Shown: one piece after another, positions 1-9,820 of the stretch
Position numbering within the stretch: the first letter of the stretch is position 1
How the letters are laid out: each line of letters starts with the position of its first letter
Assembly (NCBI GenBank): GCA_016180645.1
Contig: JACPAV010000014.1
Location: 1-64,000 of the forward strand
DNA: 64,000 bases
Source: Nitrospirota bacterium
GTDB taxonomy: Bacteria; JACPQY01
Reading direction: 5' to 3'
Notes under the pieces: model-generated
Database searches by the model: none
What the model saw: the letters and a program-made list of their open reading frames with translations, nothing else
What the model was told of the DNA's origin: nothing
Made by a program: the position numbers and the translations under genes

Positions 1-378
1 GTGAGCACAAGACCTCGATTGCTCTTGGTTGTTTTCAAGATTCGAGGGCTTGCCGTGGCCATCGAAAGCATCGTACGCCGTGTCCGATAGATCGCAAGAC
101 CAATCAGTCACAATAGGGGCGTAACCAGCAGAAAGGCGGAATTCGCGGCTCTCCCGGGCTGCAAGGCCCGTTTGCGGCATTTTCGCAGTTCTCAGGAGAT
201 TGAACCATGACGTTGAGTGTGTCTTTTTCCCTATCCTGTACCGGTGCCGACAGGCCTGGCGATTTCCAGCATACGCGATCGCTTCGTGATTGAGGGGTGG
301 GTTGGCGCCTCGTCAAGGTCCTGGGAAGAGAAAGTGCGTGGAGGGGCGCCGGATGGACTCAAGGTCCAAGAAGGTTCT

Positions 379-996
379 CTACTGACACTGAGTCAGGCAT
401 GACTTCTGGATCTCCGTGTCTTTGAAGCCCTGGCAGGTGCGGAGGCACTCGTCCTTGCGCCGGCGCCGGTCGCGCTCGCGTTCCGCTTCTTCGGGGGAGA
501 CCCGCGAACCGAAATTCCAGAGTGAAGAAGGGAGTTCGGTTCCCGGCGAGGCGGCAGCGCCCGGCCGCTGGGCCGAGGAGGCGGGCTGGCTCACGATCAG
601 CGACTCCCCTTTGGCGTCGGTCATGGTGAATCCGGGCTGGCCGTCGTCCGCGATGAAAAAACTGGCCACGGATTTGGCGTTCTTGTGAGTGAGTACAAGG
701 CCGGCGGACCCCTTCTGGGAGACCGTGAACTGGGTGCGGAGGACGCCCTCTTTGTCCATGATCCTCATGCCCACGGAGCCGTCGGGGAGGAGTCCGAAAA
801 AGGCCCGATTCTTTCCCTGTTCGTCTTTCACCACGTAGAGCTGGGCGCGTGCGATAGGGGCATCCGGGCTGTGCTCTTTCTCCGCACGGGCGGTGGTCGT
901 GGCCAGAAAGAGGGTATGGACCAGAAGTGTGGTCATGACCGAGGCCACGACGGCGGACCAAACGGGTTTGAAAACCAGCTTCTTCATCTCATTCAT
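379..996 (-). CDS. Hypothetical exported/membrane-anchored protein with short beta-type repeats and a C-terminal CxxxC pair
   Basis: AAGGAG RBS before ATG at 996; N-terminal hydrophobic segment; repeats like VKDEQGKNRA/IMDKEGVLRT; ends ECLRTCQ...SCLTQCQ. Confidence 0.7.
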   Translation of the reverse strand: MNEMKKLVFKPVWSAVVASVMTTLLVHTLFLATTTARAEKEHSPDAPIARAQLYVVKDEQGKNRAFFGLLPDGSVGMRIMDKEGVLRTQFTVSQKGSAGLVLTHKNAKSVASFFIADDGQPGFTMTDAKGESLIVSQPASSAQRPGAAASPGTELPSSLWNFGSRVSPEEAERERDRRRRKDECLRTCQGFKDTEIQKSCLTQCQ

Positions 997-1022
997 GAGG
1001 ATCTCCTTTCCATGGGGGATGT

Positions 1023-1397
1023 TCACGGCAGATCCGGCGGGATGATCGAACGGTGCGAGAACAACCAGGCCAACGCGACGAGGGCGGAGACCGTCAAGAT
1101 CACCGCATAACCCGCCATCATCCGCGGCAGAAATGATTTGGGATTGAAGTTGGCCCGCAGCGATCTCGAAAGACCGGTTGCGACGGCGGAGGCGACGGTT
1201 CCCGCTGTGAGCGCAAGGATGATCCTGCCGTAGAAATCCATTCCGACGAGGCTCCCCGAGGCTGCGAAACGCCAGACGCGTTCGACCGGTTCGTACCAGA
1301 GGAGTCGAGTGGGCACGAGATACGCATACAGGAATGCCGCGAGATATCCGGTGACAAAAGTGCTTGCGGCAAGATGGCGGTTGGTCGCCGTGGGCAT
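1023..1397 (-). CDS. Hypothetical membrane protein (about 3 TM helices)
   Basis: Hydrophobic segments; ATG at 1397 directly follows the upstream stop at 1399. Confidence 0.7.
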   Translation of the reverse strand: MPTATNRHLAASTFVTGYLAAFLYAYLVPTRLLWYEPVERVWRFAASGSLVGMDFYGRIILALTAGTVASAVATGLSRSLRANFNPKSFLPRMMAGYAVILTVSALVALAWLFSHRSIIPPDLP

Positions 1398-1398
1398 G

Positions 1399-1884
1399 TC
1401 AAACCGCCCGGTAGGAGACAATGGCCAGGCCGGAGACCACGTTGAACAATACGATCAGCGCCGTGGCACCGGACAGGAATAAGTAGAAAGGAAGCCCGCT
1501 CCGGTCGTTCTTGGGATCGAAAGACGGCCCGATCCACGCGATGGCCAGAACGAGCGGAAGACCGACGGCGCCCCACGCCTCTTTGAGGTCGAACCAATTC
1601 GAGAGCCGCGGCAGGTGAGAGTCGAAATAGGCGGCGCGCACGCGATAACGATAGGTGGGATAGGTCAGAAGGCCCAAGGCAACCGTCGCAACGTACGCGG
1701 CCGGCAGGATCCGGGAGTGAAGTTTCTCCAGCCGGTTTCGGATCGTCGATCCACGCTGATACTGGATCAGGGCGGCCAGGTGGTGAAAACTGGACCCGGT
1801 GGCGGCGAAGGCGAACAGCGCGTGGAGTACGAGGAGCGGCTTTCGGAAGTCCTCAAGGAAGAGTCGGATGGGCTCAGTGTCCAA
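1399..1884 (-). CDS. Hypothetical membrane protein (about 4 TM helices)
   Basis: C-terminal part of ORF 1399..2235; TTG start at 1884 overlaps the radical SAM gene end; four hydrophobic stretches. Confidence 0.65.
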   Translation of the reverse strand: MDTEPIRLFLEDFRKPLLVLHALFAFAATGSSFHHLAALIQYQRGSTIRNRLEKLHSRILPAAYVATVALGLLTYPTYRYRVRAAYFDSHLPRLSNWFDLKEAWGAVGLPLVLAIAWIGPSFDPKNDRSGLPFYLFLSGATALIVLFNVVSGLAIVSYRAV

Positions 1885-3127
1885 CGGCGTCGCCCGAGAT
1901 CCGTTCCCGGTGGTAGTCGATGACTTTGGGGCATTCGGGGTCCGGCTGACGGGCATCACCTGTCGCGAAAGCGGCGACCGCCCGGCATCCGCCCCGGCAA
2001 AGGTGAAGGTACGCGCAGGATTGACATGGTTCAGGCGCATCTTGATTCCAGTTCCTGAACACGGCAAAACGCCCGGGATCTTCCCATGTATTTGGAAGCT
2101 CGGCCAGCGGGGCCTCGGCGCCGGTCCAGAAGCTGCATCCGGAAGCCGAACCATCCGCGTGCACCGCCATGAGGTAGTTCCCCGCGACGCATCCCTGAAC
2201 GGTGAAGTGCTCCAATCGCTCCACGCCGGGGTCATGATAGCAAAGGAATGGCACGAACGAGCAGTCGGATTTCAGCCGGATGCGGTGCCGGCGAGTCCAT
2301 TCAAACAGGAGTGGAAAAAACGATCGGCCCTGGGCTTCCGTGAGGCGCGTGCTTTCGTAACTGGACGCCGCCGCACTCGCCGCGTCATCCGGCCATCCTT
2401 GGCCGGAGCGAGAGGTTGCGAGTGCCGCAGGCTTCCTGCCTGCGGCTCGCCCCGTCGGTTTGTACCGGAGGAATTCGACCTCGTTGAGCTTCAGCGATTT
2501 GGCGTAGCGAACGACCTCTTCGAGCACCTCGAAATTCTTCCGGCTCACCACGCAGTTGATGCCGACGCGTTTGACGCGCCGCCGGAGAAGCCGAAGGGCC
2601 CGATCGGCCGCCTCGAATCCCCGATATCCGCGATGGACCGCATACGCCTCCCCCACGCCGTCGAGACTGACATTGACCTGGCCAAAGATACGGCTTTGGC
2701 GTGCCTGCTCTTCCGTCATGGACCTCCCGCTCGTGGTGACATTGGGGATCATCCCTTTTTCGCGGATGTAAGCGGCGAGATCGAACAGCCCATCGAAGGT
2801 GAACGGTTCCCCGCCGCCGAGAGCCACGTGGAGAGCGCCCAGGCGGTGAAGATCATCCACCCGCTGCTTCAGGACGTCGAGGGGGGGGCGGAAGGACGGC
2901 GCGGGTGTGGAGTTGGAGTAGCAATGACGGCAACCATTGGAACAGAAATCCGTAATCGAGAGATGCACTTCCACGGGCCCCGAGAGGAGCCCCACGGAGG
3001 TCTCGCCCGACCAGCGGGCGCCGCCTTCGTGCCCCATCTTCCGCATGAGGGCGCGGTCGGCCAGCACCAGGAGCGCCGGCTTTTCAAATGCGACGATGCC
3101 GCCGAAGTTCTCGAGGCGGACGCGCAT
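1874..3127 (-). CDS. Radical SAM protein with SPASM domain
   Basis: CSNGCRHC (CxxxCxxC), GGGEP, SPASM cysteines CVAG...GCSF...CQSC...CRGGC...DPEC. Confidence 0.93.
   Translation of the reverse strand: MRVRLENFGGIVAFEKPALLVLADRALMRKMGHEGGARWSGETSVGLLSGPVEVHLSITDFCSNGCRHCYSNSTPAPSFRPPLDVLKQRVDDLHRLGALHVALGGGEPFTFDGLFDLAAYIREKGMIPNVTTSGRSMTEEQARQSRIFGQVNVSLDGVGEAYAVHRGYRGFEAADRALRLLRRRVKRVGINCVVSRKNFEVLEEVVRYAKSLKLNEVEFLRYKPTGRAAGRKPAALATSRSGQGWPDDAASAAASSYESTRLTEAQGRSFFPLLFEWTRRHRIRLKSDCSFVPFLCYHDPGVERLEHFTVQGCVAGNYLMAVHADGSASGCSFWTGAEAPLAELPNTWEDPGRFAVFRNWNQDAPEPCQSCAYLHLCRGGCRAVAAFATGDARQPDPECPKVIDYHRERISGDAVGH
2373..2446 (-). mobile_element. Double-hairpin GGA-loop mini-insert (copy D), in frame inside the radical SAM gene
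   Basis: Minus strand gc-[cgcaggc AGGAA gcctgcg]-gc-[actcgc..tccggcca AGGA tggccgga..gcgagt]-gc; removing 72 bp keeps the frame. Confidence 0.55.
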
Positions 3128-3129
3128 TC

Positions 3130-4176
3130 TCAGGCGTTCGCCCGTACCTCTTTGGCCGCCTTCAGAATGTCATATCCCGTGATCTTCGCGCTGCGCGCGG
3201 CTTTGTCCGCCAGGTACGCGGCTTCCACGAGGCCGGCTTGAACGCCCTTGCTCAGGTCGCCCAGCGCCATCTTGGCCGTGGCCTCATCCACCATCTCGCC
3301 CCGGTGGTGGTCGAACATCGCCCCGCCGCCCTGTTCGTGATAGAGCTCGATGACGCGCTTGGCGTTGTCAATCTCGTCCTTCGACGGCGTGTAGCACTCG
3401 TTGGAAATTGCGGCCTGACTGGGATGGATCACCCACGTGCCGTCCATTCCAAGCGCCGCGGCCCCCATGTTCTTCTCACGAATCCCGCGTTCTATGGCAG
3501 CCACGTCCTCCGGTGATGCACCCTTGCGGGGAAGGCGGAGGAACACATTGTCGATGGCGTGCAGGCCGTGCGCCTTCGCGGCGGCGCACACGCGCTGCTT
3601 TGCATATCCGAAATTGACGTTCTGATCCTCCACGATATTGCGAATCCGCATCCAGGAGGCGTAGTCGGCGATGCCGAAAATGAGCCCCGCCATCCGGGGC
3701 GAGGAGGCGGCGATCTCGTAGGCGTTTTCGAGCGAAACCGGATTCTCGATCAGCGTTTCGATCTGGATCTTGTACGTCCAGCCGGCCTGCTTCTCGCACT
3801 CCGTCAGGAGCTTGTCTACCAGCCGCACATCTTCCGGCCCGAAAATCTTCGGAAGGATGATGCCGTGGAACCGGTTGGGCGCGCCGGTGACCACGGCACG
3901 AACGTCGGCTTCGAAGAACGACGACTTGATGTTGTTGGGCCTGAACGTGACGACCTTCGGCCCGTAGTTGAGCGTGTTGAAGGCCTCCACGATCGTCTTG
4001 CGGCTGACGTCGCCCTTGAACTCGTAGGGGCAGGCGTCCTCGAGGTCCGCCATCACGAGATCGACCGGGGATTTCACCGGGTCTGCCGCGTTGCGGTGGA
4101 ACTTCATGTCGTGACCGGGATACGTGAGCTCCGTCCGCGGGACCACGACTCTTTTTCCGTCATCGAGAACAAACAT
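3130..4176 (-). CDS. CoA-ester lyase, CitE/malyl-CoA lyase (HpcH/HpaI aldolase-citrate lyase) family
   Basis: RTELTYPG, DLEDA, ILPK, LIE, FGIADY, AID, G..G.WVIHPSQ, MVDEAT motifs; GGAGG RBS before ATG 4176. Confidence 0.88.
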   Translation of the reverse strand: MFVLDDGKRVVVPRTELTYPGHDMKFHRNAADPVKSPVDLVMADLEDACPYEFKGDVSRKTIVEAFNTLNYGPKVVTFRPNNIKSSFFEADVRAVVTGAPNRFHGIILPKIFGPEDVRLVDKLLTECEKQAGWTYKIQIETLIENPVSLENAYEIAASSPRMAGLIFGIADYASWMRIRNIVEDQNVNFGYAKQRVCAAAKAHGLHAIDNVFLRLPRKGASPEDVAAIERGIREKNMGAAALGMDGTWVIHPSQAAISNECYTPSKDEIDNAKRVIELYHEQGGGAMFDHHRGEMVDEATAKMALGDLSKGVQAGLVEAAYLADKAARSAKITGYDILKAAKEVRANA

Positions 4177-4189
4177 GGGTTTCCTCCTT

Positions 4190-4600
4190 CTACTTTTTCC
4201 TGGGCGTTTCGCAAAGTTCCAGAAGAACACCGCCCGTTGATTTCGGGTGGATAAACGCAATCTTCTTCCCGTGGGCGCCGACGCGGGGTTTCTCATCGAT
4301 GAGCTGCGCGCCCTTCGCCTTGCAGTCGGCCAGTTTTCCTTCGAGGTTCTCCACGCCGAGCGCCAGGTGGTGGATGCCGGGTCCCCGCTTGTCGATGAAT
4401 TTCGCGATCGGGCTGTCCGGCGAGGTCGGCTCCAGGAGCTCGATGTGGGTCTCGCCCACCGGAATAAAGGCGGTGCGGACTTTCTGTTCTTCCACCTCTT
4501 CGAAATGATCCGGGTGGATGCCGAGGACCTCCTCGTAGAACTTCAGCGCGCCCTCCAGACTCGGGACGGCGATTCCGATGTGGTCCACCTTCTTGAACAT
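4190..4600 (-). CDS. mce: Methylmalonyl-CoA epimerase
   Basis: [49 protein letters not shown]. Confidence 0.95.
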   Translation of the reverse strand: MFKKVDHIGIAVPSLEGALKFYEEVLGIHPDHFEEVEEQKVRTAFIPVGETHIELLEPTSPDSPIAKFIDKRGPGIHHLALGVENLEGKLADCKAKGAQLIDEKPRVGAHGKKIAFIHPKSTGGVLLELCETPRKK

Positions 4601-4727
4601 GGTTGCCTCCGCAATGGGGATCGAAAGGGAATTTCGAACCGGAGCCGAATTAGCACAGGCGCGAGGGCTTCGTCAATTCGGGGCCGACGGGGAGTGGGAG
4701 ATCCACAATGCCTGGCCTCCCCATCCT

Positions 4728-4850
4728 GGTAGCCGCAGCCCCTTGCCTAGGATGGCATGGGGCCATGATAGGTTGTGGCCCAGGGAATGGGCCACATGGA
4801 ACATGGCCTTCAGGCTGCGCACAAGACGCGGGCTGAAGCCCGCGTCTACC
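4728..4850 (-). repeat. GTAG-type REP doublet interrupted by mini-insert copy A
   Basis: Closely matches the intact copy at 23859..23913 once the insert is removed. Confidence 0.85.
4741..4806 (+). mobile_element. Double-hairpin GGA-loop mini-insert (copy A)
   Basis: cc-[ccttgcc TAGGAT ggcatgg]-gg-[ccatg..gtggccca GGGAA tgggccac..catgg]-cc. Confidence 0.75.
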
Positions 4851-5637
4851 GTCCCTTAAACTCCGGTTCGCGCTTTTGGATGAAGGCGCTCACGCCTTCG
4901 ACCAGATCTTCCGTTTGCGTCACGATCGTCTGGCAGAGCGCCTCGTATTCCAGCGCGGCTCGAAGATCCGTTTCGGCCTGGCGATAGACGGCGCGCTTCA
5001 CCAACTTCATCGGGATCGCCGGCCCCTTCGCCAATTTGCCCACGAACGCTTCCGTCACTTCCCGGAGTTTGTCCGGAGGAGCGATTTTGTTGACGAGCCC
5101 GACCCGATGCGCCTCCTGGGCTTCAATCATCTCGGAGGTCCAGATCAATTCGAGGGCCTTGGAGAGTCCCACCAGCCGCGGCATGAAGTAGGTGCCGCCC
5201 ATGCCGGGACTGAGCCCGATCCGCAGGAACCCGGTGCTGATTTTCGCTTCGGTCGACATGACGCGTAGATCGCACGCGAGGGCGAGCATCATGCCGGCGC
5301 CCACGGCATGGCCGTTGATCATGGCCACCGTCGGGATCTCCAACTGCGTGATGCACAAGAACTTCGGGTAGAACCTGAGGAACCCTTCGCGCCGTTCGGG
5401 TACAGGGGCTTGGAGGTCCATCGAGGTGCTTCGGAGGTCCCCCCCTGAAGAAAACGATTTGCCCGCTCCGGTTACCACCACCACCCGGGCCTCGCGATCG
5501 TCCCGGAGTTCTGCGATGCATCGCGAGAACTCATCCCCCATTTCGGGGCTCATGGCGTTTCGCATGTCCGGCCGGTTCAGCGTGATCCAGACGGCGCCGT
5601 TTTTTCTCTCGACCAGAAATGTAGTGTACTCGGCCAT
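4846..5637 (-). CDS. Enoyl-CoA hydratase/isomerase (crotonase family)
   Basis: ITLNRP..RNA, VTGAGKSFSSGGDL, INGHAVGAG..LALACD, EGVSAF..KREPEFKG. Confidence 0.93.
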   Translation of the reverse strand: MAEYTTFLVERKNGAVWITLNRPDMRNAMSPEMGDEFSRCIAELRDDREARVVVVTGAGKSFSSGGDLRSTSMDLQAPVPERREGFLRFYPKFLCITQLEIPTVAMINGHAVGAGMMLALACDLRVMSTEAKISTGFLRIGLSPGMGGTYFMPRLVGLSKALELIWTSEMIEAQEAHRVGLVNKIAPPDKLREVTEAFVGKLAKGPAIPMKLVKRAVYRQAETDLRAALEYEALCQTIVTQTEDLVEGVSAFIQKREPEFKGR

Positions 5638-5742
5638 GCTGAGGGTCACGTTTACCTCATGGAGGGGCGGGTGCGCAAGCGCGGAAGTGTGACCGCGCCT
5701 ATTGAACAACCGCGGCAATTGGACTAGGTTTCAGAGCGGCGG

Positions 5743-8700
5743 ATGCTGACAAAGAAACGAACCATTCTGCTCGGTACAGGCGCGATCCTGCTCCTGATCG
5801 TCGCTTCGGCGATTAACGGCTACCGGCATACGGTGGATGAAACCGCTGTCGATTTCAACCGATTCCAACTGGCCTTGGTGCGCACGGTGGCCCTGTCCGT
5901 TCATGCGCGTCTTGAAGTCATGGTGTCGGACCTCAAGCAGCTTAACAATCGCCCGCCGATCCAGTACCTCGATCAACCCTTCATGTCGGACAGGCTCCTC
6001 AAGTTTGTGCGTGAATCTCCCCGGAGCTTGGTCAAGGAGGCGTTCCGGGTCGACGCCTCGGGCCGTGAGGTGGCGAAGGTGCGGGGAGACGGCGAGGGAC
6101 CGGCGCATCGCCGCCTCTGGTCCGAAAAGGAGATGTTCGACTGGGCACGCCAACTCTCCCACCGTGGACATGCGCGGTTTGGCGACGTGCGGAGTATTCC
6201 GGGTGGAGGGCAGGAAGTCCTCCTGATCATGCCGACCTACGAGGAAACAACCGGCACCTCCCATCGCAAAGCAACGAACCGGTTTGCGGGAGTGACGGGA
6301 CTGGTCATCGACGTGGACCGAATGCTCCAGCTCTATGTCTCCACAACCGAGAAGGCGGCGCCGGCCAGTTTCATCTGCGTGGTGGACGGCGCTCATCGGT
6401 TCCTCCTGCACACGCGTGTTCCGTCGATGGTGGGGAAGGGGGTTCTTGAGGGGGTCGATCCTGAAAGCCGCGAAGGCCGGTTTCTGACCCGCGCCACGGA
6501 GGAGCCGGAAGGAACGGCCGAGGGATTCTCCCCAGACCGCACGGGACGGGGAAAACCGAGCGAAGAAGTGGTGGCGTGGTCGTCCGCCGAGGTCGAGAAC
6601 CTGAACTGGCGGATCAAGCTTCACACGGCTCACTCCACGGTGGTGGCCAAGGCCCGCCATGCCTTTGCCATGCAGCTCTGGACGGTGGTCTTCCTGATCC
6701 TGACCGTGGGAGGGGGTGCCTGGCTGATGCTCCGGAGCGAACGGCTTGAGATCGCCGCCCGGGATCGCGACCTCGCCCAGCGGCGCGAGTCCGAACTTCG
6801 CTTCCTCGTCGATCGTATCCCGGCCATTCTCTGGTCGGTGGATACCGACCTCAAGATCACTTCCATCCTCGGGGCGGGACTGGCGCCCCTCGGGGTCAAG
6901 CCGAACGAGACGGTGGGGATGAGCCTGTATGACTACATGCAGACGCGCGACCCCGCGAATCCCGCGTTGTCTGCGGCGGCCCGCGCGCTGAAGGGTGAGA
7001 AAGTATCCTACGAAATGGAATGGCAGGGCCATCCCTTCCAATCGTTTGTGGAGCCTCTGCACGATTGGACCGGAAAAATCGTCGGTTGCCTCGGTCTGAG
7101 CCTGGATTTTTCCGAAAGAAAGAAAATCGAGGAGACGCTTCGTCGCAGCGAGGAGCGGTTTCGGATCATCGTGGAGAACGCGCTGGACCCGGTCATGATC
7201 GTGAATCGCGACGGCACCATCCGCTATGCCAGCCGAATGGTGGAAGAGGTTCTCGGCTATTCCCTGGACGAATACCTCGGCCAGTCGGCCTTCGAGTTCA
7301 TGCACCCGGATGACCTCGGCGCCTCGGTCAGTGAGTTCACCCATTCCGTTGAGCATCCCGAAGAGACGAGGCACTTCACCAATCGCATCCGCCGGAAAGA
7401 TGGATCGTGGAGAACGGTGGAGGCCACCGGCAAGAACCTGCTCGGCGACCCGGCCATCGCGGGCATCGTGGTCAATTTCCGGGACGTGACGGATCAACGC
7501 AAGGCCGAAGAGACGGCCCAGGCCGCGCAGAAGCAACTCCTCAGCATCCTGGATACCTTCGACGCGATCATCTGGTCGCAATCGCCATGGGACCGGAAAT
7601 TCTTGTACGTGAGCCCGGCAGCCGAGCGGATTCTCGGGCACCCCATCGCACCCATCCTCGAGAACACCCGGTCCTATTTAGACGTGGTCCTTCCGGAAGA
7701 CCGGGATCGCGTGGATTTCGGAACGGAGATCATGGAGAAGGGCAAGTCCGACACGGAGTACCGGATCCGGAGGCCGGACGGTGAAATCCGCTGGCTTCGG
7801 TCCCGGGGTTGGGTGGTCAAGGACGAGAAGGGGTCCGTGGTGCGTCTGGACGGCATCACCTCGGACATCACTCAGCGGAAGCGGGCGGAGGAAGCCCTCC
7901 AGCGGGAAAAGACCTACTTGCAGGGAATACTGGACAACTCGATGGACCTGATCTTCACCGTGAGGCGAGACGGGACCTTTGGCTACTTCAACCCCCGGCT
8001 CGAAGATGTGACAGGGTATCGGCAGCAAGACCTCACAGGCCGATCGTTCATGGAGTTCATACCGGAGCATCGCAAGGCCTTCATGCTTGAGCGGTGGGAG
8101 GAGATCAATCGCGGCATTTCCGGCCGGTACGAGACGGAGATCATTAGGGCAGACCGAACGCTGATGCAGTGCAGGATTTCTCACTCGGTCTTGCCCGGCT
8201 TCGACGAGTTTCTCGTTGCGTTGCAGGACGTCACGGAGCAGAAAATGGCTGTCGAAGCCCGGAAGGAAAGCGTGGCGTTGTTCGGATCGCTGGTCGAAAA
8301 CATGCAGGCGGGGGTGCTCGTGGAATCCGAACAACGAAAAATCTTCGTGGTGAACCAGGCTTTCTGCAACATGTTCTCGGTTCCCGTTTCGCCCGACCGA
8401 CTGATCGGTGCGGATTGTAAGGAGGCGGCGGTGCGCGACAAGGATCAGTTCGCGGAGGGCGAGACGCTTGTGCAGCGGATCGACGAGATCGTGGAGCGGC
8501 GGGAGGGAGTCATCGGCGAGGAAGTGCGCATGGCGGATGGACGCGTCTTCGAGCGCGACTACATTCCGATCGTCACCGATCATCAAAAGTTCATCGCTCA
8601 TCTGTGGCAGTACCGGGATGTCACCGAACGGAAGCGCGCCGAGGCGGAGCGCATCCGGGTGAGCAAGATGGAATCGATCGGGCTCCTGTCCGGCGGGATC

Positions 8701-9789
8701 GCGCACGATTTCAACAATATTCTGACCGGCATCCTCGCGAACGTCTCCGTGGCGAAGAAAGAGGGGAAGGCGGACACCGAACTCTTCGCCGCCATGGCCG
8801 ACGCGGAGAAGGCCGCTCTGCGCGCCCGGCAACTTACGCAGCAGCTCCTCACACTCTCGCTGGGCGGGGCACCGGTCAAGAAGACGGTGGATCTCGCGCC
8901 TCTCGTTCGCGATGCCGCGGATCTGGCGGTGAAAGGAACCCGGGTGAAATGTGAGTTCGCGTTGCCGGAGGATCTATGGCCCGTGGAGGCGGATACGGTC
9001 CAGCTCAGTCAGGCCGTGGCAAACCTTGTGATCAACGCATGGCAGGCCATGCCTCAGGGCGGCGTGGCCGAAATCAAGGCGGAGAACGTGTATGTCGGTC
9101 CCGGGCACGTGCTGCCGCTCAAGAGTGGTCAGTATGTGGTGGTGACGATTGGAGACCACGGCCCGGGCATCCCGCCCCAAAACCTTCAGAAGATATTCGA
9201 GCCCTACTACAGCACCAAGCCGAGGGGGAGCGGTCTCGGACTGACGGTGGCTCATTCCATCGTGGCCCGGCACCTTGGTTATCTCGCCGTGGACTCGAAG
9301 GTGGGCGTCGGGACGACCGTTGCCGTCTACCTCCCGGCCTCCGAAGGGCGCGTGATCCCCGCACTGGAAGAAAAGATGGAAGTGGCGATGGGCGAAGGAC
9401 GGGTGCTCGTGGTGGATGACGATGAACACGTGCTGATCGCGGCCGAGCGGCTGTTGAAGAAGCTCGGGTACACGGTGGAAGTGGTGCAAGATGCGGAATC
9501 CGGCATCGATGTGTATCGCCGGGCCATGGAGGCCGGGCTGCGGTTCGACCTGGTGATGATGGATCTTACGATTCCCGGCGGCATGGGGGGGAAGGAGGCC
9601 GTGGCCGAGCTGCTCAAGATCGATCCCGAAGCAAGGGTGGTTTGCGCAAGCGGTTACTCCAGCGACCCCGTGATGTCGGACTTTCGCCGGTACGGTTTCC
9701 TGGGCTGCCTGCCGAAGCCGTTCCGAATCCAGGAGTTGAGCCGCGTTCTCGGCGAGGTCCTTGCGCAGCGCTTGCGCCCCTCATCTTGA
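5743..9789 (+). CDS. Hybrid sensor histidine kinase: extracytoplasmic Cache-like domain, 5 PAS domains, HisKA, HATPase, receiver
   Basis: Two TM segments, five PAS/PAC repeats, GGIAHDFNN, NLVINA, DHGPGI, GSGLGL, VLVVDD..MDLTIPGG..KPF. Confidence 0.95.
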   Translation: MLTKKRTILLGTGAILLLIVASAINGYRHTVDETAVDFNRFQLALVRTVALSVHARLEVMVSDLKQLNNRPPIQYLDQPFMSDRLLKFVRESPRSLVKEAFRVDASGREVAKVRGDGEGPAHRRLWSEKEMFDWARQLSHRGHARFGDVRSIPGGGQEVLLIMPTYEETTGTSHRKATNRFAGVTGLVIDVDRMLQLYVSTTEKAAPASFICVVDGAHRFLLHTRVPSMVGKGVLEGVDPESREGRFLTRATEEPEGTAEGFSPDRTGRGKPSEEVVAWSSAEVENLNWRIKLHTAHSTVVAKARHAFAMQLWTVVFLILTVGGGAWLMLRSERLEIAARDRDLAQRRESELRFLVDRIPAILWSVDTDLKITSILGAGLAPLGVKPNETVGMSLYDYMQTRDPANPALSAAARALKGEKVSYEMEWQGHPFQSFVEPLHDWTGKIVGCLGLSLDFSERKKIEETLRRSEERFRIIVENALDPVMIVNRDGTIRYASRMVEEVLGYSLDEYLGQSAFEFMHPDDLGASVSEFTHSVEHPEETRHFTNRIRRKDGSWRTVEATGKNLLGDPAIAGIVVNFRDVTDQRKAEETAQAAQKQLLSILDTFDAIIWSQSPWDRKFLYVSPAAERILGHPIAPILENTRSYLDVVLPEDRDRVDFGTEIMEKGKSDTEYRIRRPDGEIRWLRSRGWVVKDEKGSVVRLDGITSDITQRKRAEEALQREKTYLQGILDNSMDLIFTVRRDGTFGYFNPRLEDVTGYRQQDLTGRSFMEFIPEHRKAFMLERWEEINRGISGRYETEIIRADRTLMQCRISHSVLPGFDEFLVALQDVTEQKMAVEARKESVALFGSLVENMQAGVLVESEQRKIFVVNQAFCNMFSVPVSPDRLIGADCKEAAVRDKDQFAEGETLVQRIDEIVERREGVIGEEVRMADGRVFERDYIPIVTDHQKFIAHLWQYRDVTERKRAEAERIRVSKMESIGLLSGGIAHDFNNILTGILANVSVAKKEGKADTELFAAMADAEKAALRARQLTQQLLTLSLGGAPVKKTVDLAPLVRDAADLAVKGTRVKCEFALPEDLWPVEADTVQLSQAVANLVINAWQAMPQGGVAEIKAENVYVGPGHVLPLKSGQYVVVTIGDHGPGIPPQNLQKIFEPYYSTKPRGSGLGLTVAHSIVARHLGYLAVDSKVGVGTTVAVYLPASEGRVIPALEEKMEVAMGEGRVLVVDDDEHVLIAAERLLKKLGYTVEVVQDAESGIDVYRRAMEAGLRFDLVMMDLTIPGGMGGKEAVAELLKIDPEARVVCASGYSSDPVMSDFRRYGFLGCLPKPFRIQELSRVLGEVLAQRLRPSS

Positions 9790-9820
9790 TCCGACGTCTC
9801 CGGTCCTGTAGCATCCGCCG

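Noticed and set aside
104-210. 34-aa Cys-containing ORF (MVQSPENC...PYCD) as a precursor peptide for the radical SAM enzyme
   Set aside because: No SD, atypical codon use, and separated from the rSAM gene by three genes; overlapping frames are equally unconvincing.
5731-8832. Long antisense ORFs (636 aa, 384 aa) and similar ones elsewhere (e.g. 41267..42889, 61978..63591)
   Set aside because: Shadow frames of well-supported genes in GC-rich DNA; no motifs.
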